A DNA stretch of 36,791 nt from Gonapodya sp. JEL0774 (taxonomy: Eukaryota). The notes beneath the pieces are model-generated. The model had not been told where the DNA came from, did not search any database, and saw only the letters and a list, made by a program, of their open reading frames with translations. Shown piece by piece: positions 1-10,400 of this stretch (the stretch's first letter is position 1; every line of letters begins with the position of its first letter). The DNA is taken from positions 1 through 36,791 of the forward strand of contig JADIIX010000180.1 of NCBI GenBank assembly GCA_027604505.1. Reading direction: 5' to 3'. The position numbers were made by a program, and so were the translations under genes.

Positions 1-1157
1 ACTGAAACTATCTATCTCAAGGAGATTCCGAATGCAGAAACGGACGGTCACATATGCGACCTACTCCACAAACTCAACCATCAGGCACAAATAAGAAAGC
101 AAACACGACTCCCGGAATGAAAAGGCAAGGAAAAATTGAAAAACTAAAATCGCAGAGAGTGGCCGAGAACCCTCTAGCTCAAACGGAATGTCCTGACTTG
201 ATCTCCCCACAAGTCGCCGTCAGGAGCTATGCGCCGTCGCTGCGATGCAGGTGGATTCGGAACATTGGTGTCAATGCCTTGCTGATCTGAGATTGAAGGT
301 GTCTCATGTTCTTCCCTAGTTTGACGCTTCCTTGATGGAGTAGTTGGAACTTGGTCCCGTTGGTATGGTTGGGCACGAGGACCTGCTCCCCGAGGAAAAA
401 TCCGAGGTGGACGTGGCCATTTGCCCAACGGTTCTCGAGGATGCCATCGACGATCATAGTTGTGCTGTGGGCGGTGCCCTGCGTGTGTTATGATGTATTG
501 CCCTGTTGCAACAGCGTTGAGGGCGCCAGCAACATCACGGTGGAAGTACGAGCGCTCCTGCTTTGTGTGTTGTTGACGAAGTGAGGGTGATCGTGTTCAC
601 ACTTGATGACACGGTACGTGGGAACCACTGACAAATACATTCCATACAAACATGTTGTGATGACGGTGATGAGTGACACGATATGTACAATGCCAAGGCA
701 CCAACAGAGAACGCAAATCCTTACTCACACTGCTTTTCACTAAACTCGCATTGGGAGACTGGTGCACAGGGTCGCGACGGACCCTCAACTTTTCAACCGA
801 CACACGCCTTTACAACGTTTTCCGGTTCACATGCCAACGTCCATAAGAGCATTGAGACAGGAGGTAGTCTACCACGAACAGAACCAACCTCGACTCACCC
901 ATTCTCATCATCTGGGACACGAGCTTGTCGAGCGTCAACAGACACGAGTTTATGGGGCAGACCACCGTAGAGCGTCGATAGCGGGCAGTTGCAAGTGAGG
1001 CCCCATTCATTCAAAAAGGCCACAGAGACTGTTGGTTGACAGGCCGCATATCGAACGACAGGCTACAGAGCCAGCGGAACATGAATTAACGTGTACATTG
1101 TACCAAACAAATTGATCGGTATGGCTCAAACTCCAAGATTGGCACTCACTCGTTCGA

Positions 1158-1470
1158 ATGGCTGAAGACCAAGTTCAGCTGATGGAGCAGCTTGGTGAGT
1201 TGCTCAAGCAGCGATGTCGCAAGACTTCAGACTCTCAATTTCGCAACAGGCTTCTACCAGTTCTACCTCGTATCGCACGACCGCGGCGCTCGCACTGCCC
1301 ACCGTCTCTGTATCGACTACCCAGACCGTGTCATCAAAGTTGCCTTCCTCGACATCGTTCCGACCTTGCACATGTTCGAGACAATGACGATGAGGGAGGC
1401 GCTCGGATACCATCACTGGCTCTCCCTCGCGCAGCCGTATGATTATGTGGAAAAACTCATACTGGCAGGC
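1158..1470 (+). pseudogene. Internal fragment of a haloacetate/fluoroacetate-dehalogenase-like alpha/beta hydrolase with one intron (1195-1249)
   Basis: Removing GTGAGT...CAACAG (55 nt, phase 1) gives MAEDQVQLMEQLGFYQFYLVSHDRGARTAHRLCIDYPDRVIKVAFLDIVPT...YHHWLSLAQP. This contains the (G/S)HDRG nucleophile elbow and the YxHW motif of this family. The N- and C-terminal parts are not visible. Confidence 0.7.
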
Positions 1471-1603
1471 CAGAACGGGTTGTTGTGGTGGCGCGAGTGG
1501 GTTCTCTATGCATATTAAGAGTTCGGGCCTTCCCGCGCTTTCCTTGACTTTCCACCCCTTTAGCCACGTCGCATGGTCCAAGAAGTTCTCCACCGCCACC
1601 GAC

Positions 1604-1950
1604 CGTCAAAGAGCTTTCTGTTCAAGATTGCGAGGACGTGATTCCGTCCCACAAACTGTTTGTTCCTCGAAAACGGAATGTAGTAGTGGGGCGGCGAGGA
1701 GCCAGGATTCGCATCAACTCTGGATTGAAAAGCACTGATGACATTCATGATATTGCAGTGGTCACAGGTACAGAAAGTAAGCACGCGGAGCCGTGAATGG
1801 TGGAGCTTACCTCGAGCCTTGGTTGTTAGAGTTGCCGATGTGAACGCGGTCACCTTCAATGTGCTGGGAGTGTATTATTATGTTGGTGACGTTCCTCGTC
1901 GGTGCAAGAGAATTTGGAAAGGTTTGTTGTCCATCATGGGTGGTCAGCAT
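1604..1950 (-). pseudogene. Truncated paralog (copy 1) of the amyloid-motif NLR: exon 1 1950-1811, intron 1810-1735, exon 2 broken off near 1604
   Basis: Colinear with 11080-11414. The spliced product is MLTTHDGQQTFPNSLAPTRNVTNIIIHSQHIEGDRVHIGNSNNQGSSAFQSRVDANPGSSPPHYYIPFSRNKQFVGRNHVLAILNRKLFD. Homology stops before Walker A. Confidence 0.85.
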
Positions 1951-2444
1951 GGGACGGATGGTTGGGACTGGGAGGGGGTTGGGTGGTGCCAGAGCGGGAA
2001 GACAAGGATTTGTTGGGGAATTCAAAAGGCGCACGGTCCACACAAGAGCAGAATGGCCGAACCAACAAGGATCAATTGGTTGCTGTCGTTTGGAGTCCTT
2101 GCAATAGGTCACGCGACTGAACCTGCCTGAGGGTGTCAGGTGCCACAGCAACTTTGACCACCGCAAGTACAACGGAGCAAACTGGACAGAACAACTTCAG
2201 TCGCCAGAGGATTATTATCACCCTCCTTTTTCACCTCCCAAACACTCATGGCAGAGGTTTTCGGGATCGTCTCGAGCGCTGTCAGTATCGCCGCCACCTT
2301 CAGCACCTGTCACGAATGCTTCAACTACGTCCAAATCGATCGCCGCTTCGGCGAGGACATCCAAAAGGAAACGCTGAACTTCGCGTTGGGGTGAGGGTGT
2401 CCACATCTACGACAAAGGCGGTCCAAATACCAGCACCTGCTCCG
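1604..2444. repeat. Direct duplication of the NLR 5' end / intergenic / het-S 5' end block (partner 11080-11982)
   Basis: Clear colinear nucleotide similarity, e.g. CACGGTCCACACAAGAGCAGAATGGCCGAACCAACAAGGATCAAT in both copies. Confidence 0.9.
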
Positions 2445-3121
2445 AAGGCGCCGATGAAGTGGCCCTTGCAGAGAGCACGCTTTATCAGATCCTCGTGCCA
2501 ATGGCGGTCTCTGAGAAAGTGTAGCACAAGTACAAGTATGAAGCCGTCCCCGTCGAGGACAAGTGTTCGGATGCGAAACCAAATGATTGAGCTTGCAACG
2601 CGTCGTCAGAACAATGCCCCTCTGCGAACGTTAGCTTCATGGGCACTGTACGACATGGGCACTTTAGCAAGCTGGTGGAAGGCGCAATAACGTTGCTCGA
2701 CAATCTTGGGCATGTATTTCCCGCACCGCCGGACCACGTGACAAGGCTCGTGATCGAGGACGCCAAGGCTGTGGACGAGTTTTGCCACTGACGCCATTGC
2801 TGGGGTACCAGGTGGGCAATCTCAGGATCCTCAAGTGGCACAGATACTGAGGCTGGTGCAAGATCTGGCTGAGAAGGTGGACGAGCCTCTTAACAAAGAG
2901 TTCGGTAGCGGGGCGGCAAGGAAGGGGGTGCATATAGAGAATACAGAGGTTGTGGACAATGCAAAGATGCGCTTATGCATATTTTTGGTAGAGACTGGCA
3001 AGGTCAGGCTGTACTACCGCAAGGTAAGTCCAGTATAGACATTGGAAAATAACGGGCTGGGGGCAATGCGAAGGCTCACGTCGGAGAGAGTTTTGCTGAT
3101 GAGGACACCTTCTGGAATTGG
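2248..3121 (+). pseudogene. het-S: het-S/het-s homolog (HeLo domain plus two-repeat prion-forming domain), full-length but with several frameshifts and stops
   Basis: Reading across frameshifts: MAEVFGIVSSAVSIAATFSTCHECFNYVQIDRRFGEDIQ...SRWGEGVHIYD...ELATRRQNNAPLRTLASWALYD...SKLVEGAITLLDNLGHVFP...GVHIENTEVVDNAKMRL...SIDIGK*RAGGNAKAHVGESFADEDTFWN. This is colinear with Podospora HET-s as recalled (MSEPFGIVAGAL...LSRWGEAV...RRQK...AWALYD...R1...R2...GFWDN). Lesions: 23-nt deletion near 2379 relative to copy 2, TAG 2522-2524, frameshifts near 2565, 2660, 2780 and 2976, TAA 3050-3052. Confidence 0.88.
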
Positions 3122-3589
3122 GTCCATCTCGGTTTCGGGGTCCACAAAAACCCACGGACGGTTTCAGACAAACTTCTTGCTATCAGGTCCCCGCTGTACT
3201 TCCCAGCACATTGTTAAAAGCAACTTTCGTGTATGGTTGTTGTCACTCTTGCCCACGTCATACACCCCAGACCGTTGCCCCCTTCTTTGCTTTGGCCTGG
3301 CGGACTTTGTTCTGTTGAAATTGATGAGATAAGCGTACATTGGTTCTATATCTATGGGATTGTCAGTTCCGCCTCACCTGGTTTTGCTCACGCCCCGAGC
3401 TGGCTGTGCAAAATGCTGCAGGGCAGAGTGTGTATCGGTTGGGTCACTTGCTTCGCTGCCATTTGACATGTCATCAAATTCATGACAAAACTGCTCCATT
3501 GTGATTCTCGTATCATCATCAAAGCCACTTGGTGACCTCAATCTAATGAGTATTGATGGTAGAGCGCAACCATGTAACCCATACTAACT

Positions 3590-4150
3590 CTCCGAGACAT
3601 TGCGACACCGCGAAATATGCATCGTCGAGTACATTCAAATCTTCTAAGGGGCGAGTCGGGAGGCTGTTGTTGCGGTGTTGCAGTTTTACAGCGACGCATG
3701 TCCCCCGAGAACGACAACGTGCTCAATTGTGATTCCCGTATCAGAACAAAATCAACACACTTTGTCACCCTAGTGTGATTTTCATTTCAAATCAGAACAA
3801 CTTGTGACGTCAATCTCAAATACCGTTTCACATCAAATCAACTTTGTGACAGTCATTATTCATTGTTGTAACATCATATATCTTGATATTCAAACCTTAT
3901 CAACTACACTTTTGAGGTCCTTGATTTTCAAACTCGATCAACTCATCTTCATAACCATGTTGGAAGATTCAAACGTGCCGCTCATTCGAACACTCCCCAA
4001 CACTGCACCACTGCAGCGCCACAAGAGCACCAAATTGTTTCTCTCAGTGGCCAGAACGGGTGTATGCTTTTGCGGTGTTGTGGTGTTCCAGCGACGTTTG
4101 TCAGGGTACTGGTCAATTGAGATTCTCCTGCCAAATGAAAATCAACGTAA
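3590..4150 (+). repeat. Diverged direct repeat with ~400-bp offset, each unit carrying a potential hairpin
   Basis: TTGCGGTGTTGCAGTTTTACAGCGACG (3670) vs TTGCGGTGTTGTGGTGTTCCAGCGACG (4070). Upstream complementary arms lie at 3600-3613 and 3999-4016. Confidence 0.45.
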
Positions 4151-4909
4151 TATCAAAATTTTATGACCCCATTGTGAATTTTGTGGCGAAACAACGTTGC
4201 CTTTGTCATAAGCTCGGTCCGGGTGGGTCCGTTGGTGGAGTTGGGTCGCGGAATCGGGTCGGGCACGGTGTGCTCGGGGCTCTCGGACTCGGACGACACA
4301 CCGGACATGGGACGCGAGACTCGGGATCGCTTGGGGAGAGCAGAGCGAGCCGGGATGGTACCCGCCAGTCCCCACCACCACACCAACCTCCCACTCCGTT
4401 CCTCGCACACCCACAAGTGACTCACGAGAGTGCTCCACCTGCCCGTTCTCACATACCCTGTTCCGAAACTGACGCCCACCTGCTCCACCTCTCTCATCCC
4501 ACCCACAGAGCCCCGCACACCGGGGCCCCCACTCCACTTCCACCCACCACCCGTAGCAGCTTACGGCTCATGGCCCTCGTGTCGTGTCGTCATGTTGCCG
4601 TGTCTTGGTCATTGGTCGTGGATCGTGGGTCGTGGATCAGTGCCTCTATCCTCGAGGCTCGAGACTTGACTATGACAGAAGGAACTTTGGATTGCGAAAT
4701 CGCCAGTTTCAAATGCTGGAGGTTACTTGATACGGTAGGGCAGGGGAGGGACGGTAGAATAGGACGTGAGGCGTGTGGGTGGGGACAAATGAGTTGGGTG
4801 GGAGGTTGAATAGGGAGCGGGGAATGCGGAATGCGCGATCATCATCGTGACCAGCACCGCCCGTGACGTTGTGCCACAATGTCCCCTCTCCCCGACCCCG
4901 CCGCATCGC

Positions 4910-5393
4910 AATGATGACCCCCCAGAAACCCCTCACAGGCCACATCATGTGCAGAATTCAAAATCGTGCGGTGCAGGTGGTGGGTACTTCACATATAAAG
5001 GTGTTGGATCTTGAAGATCACTCTGCAGTTCGCTGTTCCGAACGTATTTCTCCATCGCTTCTTGCCCTTCAGTATTCGCCCCTCAATCTCACCTGTGGAC
5101 AACATTCCTCACGACGATCCGGTGGACACGGCCGAGAACGCTGAGGCCGAGGTGGCGAGCGAGGTGAGCGAGAGGGACGAGAGGAGGGAGGCCGAGGGGA
5201 AGCGGGTCGAGGTGGTGGCTTGGATTGGGAACGCCGGGGTCTGCATCATTTGAGAACGAGGAATCGGTTGGGTGAGTCGTACGCACCCACCAACAACCCT
5301 ATGCAACTCTCCAACTTACGCTTTGGTCGTCCAACTCCACCAACTCCATGCCTCATGCCCCCCCTTCCCTCCTCCCCCTCGGCAAGGGATGCG
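4910..5393. repeat. Internally deleted third copy of the ~5-kb duplicated block
   Basis: 4921-5094 matches ~12800-13050/29065-29320 (CCCAGAAACCCCT; TTCACATATAAAGG-GTTGGATCTT). It is joined directly to 5095-5393, which matches ~32530-32830/16050-16480 (GACGATCCGGTGGACACGGCCGAGA). Confidence 0.8.
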
Positions 5394-6935
5394 ACCAAAG
5401 GGATTTTAAGGGATTTCAGGGGTTTCAGGGGTGGAAAGGGGAGAAATGGGGGAGAAACGCGAGGGAGGGCCTTTTTGGCCCGCGACCGCGGGCGTGGCCT
5501 CAGCACGCACTCACTCCATCAATCCCATCGATCACTCCCAACCTCTATTAACAATTGATTCCATTCTCACGCAGCGGCATCCGCACAGCCACAGATCGCC
5601 GCTTAAAAGAAGGATTGTTTCTCCCCTGTCGCCAGCCGTTCCAATCCCCGATTCCGCCCAATTCCCACCACCATTTGTGGTCAAATAGGTGTAGCTGTCC
5701 CAACCGCCACATCTCCGAAATTCTGTACTTAACTACGCTATATTTTGATGCCATTTATGGTTCTGCAAGGGGTGCGGAGGTACACCGACGGCCGAAATCC
5801 GATGAACAAGGAAGGTATTCTGAGTAAGTCCTCCGTGCGCGTTTGATCTCGATTTTCTTGTCGCTCATTCCTCTTCCACGTGTGAGGCGTTTGTGTCGCC
5901 CAGATGCACCCCTCATCATCAACGGCATCCCCACCCGACGGCTCTCAATGGGGAGCGTCAAGGAGGCTGTCAATGTCGTGGGCTGGATTGCCACAGTTCT
6001 GGACAAGGGAACAAGCTGGGATGAAGGATTGCTGATGGCGCCATAATCTCGTTTATTTCATTTTTGAAGGTCATATGGATCAAATACCAGAGAGCGAAAC
6101 GGGAAACCCTGCGAATTGCGAAGCCATCAAGGTATGTAGTTCAATATGTTGATTTTCCTTTGGAAAACGTCCAGAGCACGCATTTTGCGATTTGCGCAGG
6201 AACTTTGGAGGCGCATTGACAAAGACTACCCAGAGGATGGTGGTGTGGAGCGCCATGCCGCCTCTGCACGGACAGATCACAAACGGCCCACAAGTCACGG
6301 CATTTCTAGACTCCACAGATTGTTTGAGTAGCTACGCACTCATATGCGCAAGTAGATTTGCTCGGGCCCTCCCTGAATAAAGAAAGTTATCCCCGTGAAA
6401 CAAACCCCCGGAGATGCGTCATGATCCATTTGGGAAACGGCTGCTTTTCAGTATACTCACACATTTTCTCATAGTATCGGAAACCGTTGCGTTTCTGAAG
6501 AATTGACCCTGGGCGGTGTTGGTGTGTTTGTCGTCTCAGGTCTTGGCAGGTTTGCCCTGGACTAAGACAACAGGAAAGACACAACCGTCCATACTCGATC
6601 CATTCAAATACGACGTGATTGTCTCTGTATTCAACTCTCTTCGCGGAAACCCGACGAGAAAGAGGCCTTAACGTCACCCTCCGGAGTACCACCGTGCAAT
6701 GGCCTCGGGAGAGCTTTCACTTCGCGCCGCCCTCTGGCTTTCGATCCTGTTCTCGATTGTTGCTGCACTTGTCGCGGTGAATTTTGCTCCTCAAACGCAC
6801 TTGATTGTTTGAACGGGCTGCTGTCCTAGACGCGGGCGGCCCATTACCACACCTCGACCCTGCAAGTAATGTTGAGAATGGATGGAAGCTTGCAGAATCG
6901 CGCGGAAGGGGTGTGCTACCTTTGCACATCATAAT

Positions 6936-7412
6936 ATTGCAATGCTCAATTATTTGTGCGCGCCAGGATTTGCAGGTCTGTAGGATAATTCCTTTTATAG
7001 CAGTCCAACAACACTCTCCATGACTCACATCTATAGTAATGCCACTACCTCATAATTATGTTCATGGTGTATGTTACGTTACATCGTTTACTCTCGCCAT
7101 TTCAAAGATGATGGAGATCTCCAAGGTGAGCAGGGAACAGCAGCAGTTCCATGCAAGGGGCTGGTTAACAAGGAAAGATCACGTGACAAGAAACTGCGCT
7201 ACCAACTTCACAATGTCACTTGAGCCCTCCCTAATTATAATAATAATAATCCCAACTTATCCTGTTATCCTATTATCCTGTCACCCTTCACCTTTTGTTC
7301 TCTTGTGCCTTCGCTACACAAGCCTCCACACAAACACCAAACTGAAAACAAAGAAAACAAAACAAAACGAACCACCCTACAAACGAACAAAAACTATGAA
7401 GTTCGAGCTTCT
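6936..7412. repeat. 3' flank of the LRR array, duplicated at 34031-34498
   Basis: Both copies start ATTGCAATGCTCAATTATTTGTGCGCGCCAGGATTTGCAGG and remain colinear up to the terminal LRR exon. Confidence 0.9.
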
Positions 7413-10400
7413 TCACACCTCAATTGTGCGTCGAGTATTGGAAAGTGCCTTGAATGCTCTTTTACCAGCGTTATCTATGGAGTTCCCTGGAGGAGTGAGA
7501 GGAGAGAGAAGAGAATAGACCATGTGTGTGTGTGTGTATGACTCAGCGACTCTGAGCGAGAGGTCACACTCTGATACTCACCACTGACATTGAGCAACGT
7601 CAAGGTGGAGTTGCTCTTGAGGGCCTCAGCAAGCGCTCTGGCGCCAGCGTCGCCGATCTCGTTGGCTGGACGATGGCGAGAGGAGAGAGGAGAGAAGAGA
7701 CCATGTGTGGGTGTGTGAGTGACTCAGCGACTCTGAGCGAAAGGGAGGCCACACTCTGATACTCACATTCGACATCGAGCAACGTCAAGGTGGAGTTGGT
7801 CTTGAGGACCTCAGAAAGCGCTCTGGCGCCAGCATCACCGATCGAGTTGTCTGGAGTCGAGAGAGGAGAGAGAGACGAAGGATAGGAGAGAGGAGAGAGG
7901 AGACCGTGAGGGTGTGTGTGACTCTGCGAGTCTAAGTGAGAGTGAGCGGGAGGTCACACTCTGATGCTCACAATGAAGGTTAAGTGACGTCACGGTGGAG
8001 TTGGTCTTGAGGGCCTCAGCAAGCGCTCTGGCGCCAGCGTCACCGATGGAGTTGTCTGGAGTCGAGAGAGGAGAGAGGAGACCGTGAGGGTGTGTGTGAC
8101 TCTGCGAGTCTGAGTGAGAGGGAGCGGGAGGTCACACTCTGATACTCACAATGAAGGTTAAGTGACGTCACGGTGGAGTTGGTCTTGAGGACCTCAGCAA
8201 GCGCTCTGGCGCCAGCCTCACCGATCGAATTGGCTGGAGTCGAGAGAGGAGAGAGGAGACGGAGTGTGTGTTCATGTGTGTGACTGAGACTCAGCAACTC
8301 TTGAGCGAGAGGGAGCAGGAAATCACACTCTGATACTCACCACCGACATTGAGCGACGTCAAGGTGAAGTTGGTCTTGAGGGCCTCAGCAAGCGCTCTGG
8401 CGCCAGCCTCACCGAGCGAGTTCCCTGGAGTCAAGAGTGCAGAGAGAGGAGAGAGGAGACGGAGTGTGTGTTCATGTGTGTGACTGAGACTCAGCAACTC
8501 TGAAGTAAGAGCGAGAGGGAGGTCACACTCTGATACTCACTAGTAAGGTTGAGCGACGTCAAGGTGGAGTTGGTCTTGAGGGCCGCAGCAAGCGCTCTGC
8601 CGCCAGCATCACCGATCGAGTTCCCTGGAGTCAAGAGTGCAGAGAGAGGAGAGAGGAGACGGAGTGGGTGTTCATGTGTGTGTGGGGGTGACTCAGCGAC
8701 TCTGAAGCAAGAGCGAGAGGGAGCAGGAAATCACACTCTGAGATTCACTTTCGACATGGAGCGACGTCAAGGTGGAGTTGGTCTTGAGGGCCTCAGCAAG
8801 TGCTCTGCCGCCAGTCTCACCGATCGAGTTCACTGGAGTCAAGGGAGGAGAGAGAAGAGAGGAGACGGTAGGGGTGTTTGTGTGTGTGTGTGTGACTCAG
8901 TGACTCTGGAGCAAGAGCGAGCTCGAGGTCAAACTCTAATACTCACTATAAAGGTTGAGCGACGTCAAAGTGGAGTTGGTCTTGAGGGCCTCAGCAAGCG
9001 CTCTGCCGCCTGCCTCACCGATCGAGTTCCCTGTGGGTTCGGGTCGGCCGGGGTGGTGGTAAAATCATACGATCCAAGACACTTTAACATCACTATGCAT
9101 AACTCGCCATTAGCCTTGCTGGACTCACCCGTCAACGTTAGGGTCCGGACGGCACTATTGTTTTTGAGCGCGTGGGCGATCGCCCTTGCTCCAGCATCTC
9201 CAATTGACTTCCCTTTGGTGGAGGGACGACAGTTGGAGGAGGGGGAACAGGTAAGAAGGGAGTAGAGCGTCCATGTTTCGCGACTACTTGGTGAGAGTTG
9301 AAACCCGCAAATTGAGACACAACTCACACGACAGATCAGGCTTGGTTTCGTTGTTGGCTATGTCCTGCAGCACCTTGGTTAAAGCCCCTGCCCCGGTTCT
9401 TTCTGTGTTTCCGAAATCTTTAGCTAGTAGGTTCGCGATTGTGAAGGCTTCGCGTTAGTACCAAGTGATTTGGGTGGTGTATGCCAACTCACCCCATCTC
9501 CATGTCCCCAGGTCTTTCTCCGATAAAATTCTGGCAGGATCGTTTTTCGGCAGCGTCTTTACCCGGATATGGTGGACACTTTCCAGCAGGGTTTGTGCTA
9601 GTTTTTGCTGCCCTTGGGAATAGTACGCTCTTGCGAGTGCGTGCTGGGCCGCCAGCAGATCCGGATGGTCTTTTGATAGGACTCCTTTCCGAGCAGCAAC
9701 AACAAGCTCCAGCGTGTTCACTGCCTTGTCTACTTGTCCGGTATACTCGTATGCGAGGGCGAGCTCTTGCTGCGCCTCTAGCAGAGGAATGTCCTCTTGG
9801 GTAGAGGTTGGATGTAGAAGACGTCTGAATGTTCTATCCAGTTGGGCAAGCCAACCTCTCGCCAGTTGTTGTCTTCCAAAGACACATGCTTGAAGCCATA
9901 GAGCTGCTTCTGCGAATCTTCCGTCGGAGTTCAAGCACCGCCCAACCTGAAGACAGAGGTCGTATCTCGGTTCCAGCTCCATTCCTTCGCCACTTCCCAG
10001 TACCTTCACGGCGTGCGGGAGGTACTCCCTCCATCGCTCTCGATTGTCCCACTCGTTGGTTGGAAATATTGAGCTGATGTGTGTGATTGCCTCTTCCATC
10101 TTTTTCGACGCAAAGCGCTGGGTGCACAGCCAGTCCCATGCCGCCAGGTGCACAAGACGGTGGAGATCATACACTTCATCCTCTCTGTTGGTTTCCTCTG
10201 AGCGACGTGACACAAATGCGTACCCGATGAGGGTATTGATCGCTCCTTCCATTTTCACGGCACTCCCGGCGGTGGGCAGGATGGTTCGAGGGATGGACTT
10301 CCATTCAATACACGCCATGAAGGCCAAGATGTTTGCCGAGAGAGGATTTTCTTGATTGATCTGCTTGAACGAGACCACCCACGTTTTGGCCACTGCATTT

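Noticed and set aside
810..1010. RRSTVVCPINSCLLTLDK on the minus strand resembling a cyclic-nucleotide-binding motif; LVERQQTRVYGADH on the plus strand resembling a TPR
   Set aside because: Both matches are too short and lack supporting upstream motifs.
3020..3030. Perfect-looking donor AAG|GTAAGT inside the het-S PFD
   Set aside because: Unspliced reading gives linker, R2 and FW loop colinear with HET-s, so no intron is needed.
5750..6720. Splice-like signals and short ORFs suggesting another gene fragment
   Set aside because: No consistent frame-preserving model or recognisable protein motif could be built.
7500..9050. Regularly spaced repeats superficially like a CRISPR array or satellite; also the 238-aa plus-strand ORF 8549-9265
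   Set aside because: The conserved parts are 84-nt coding exons with splice sites on the minus strand, and the spacers are homologous introns. The plus-strand ORF is an antisense shadow.
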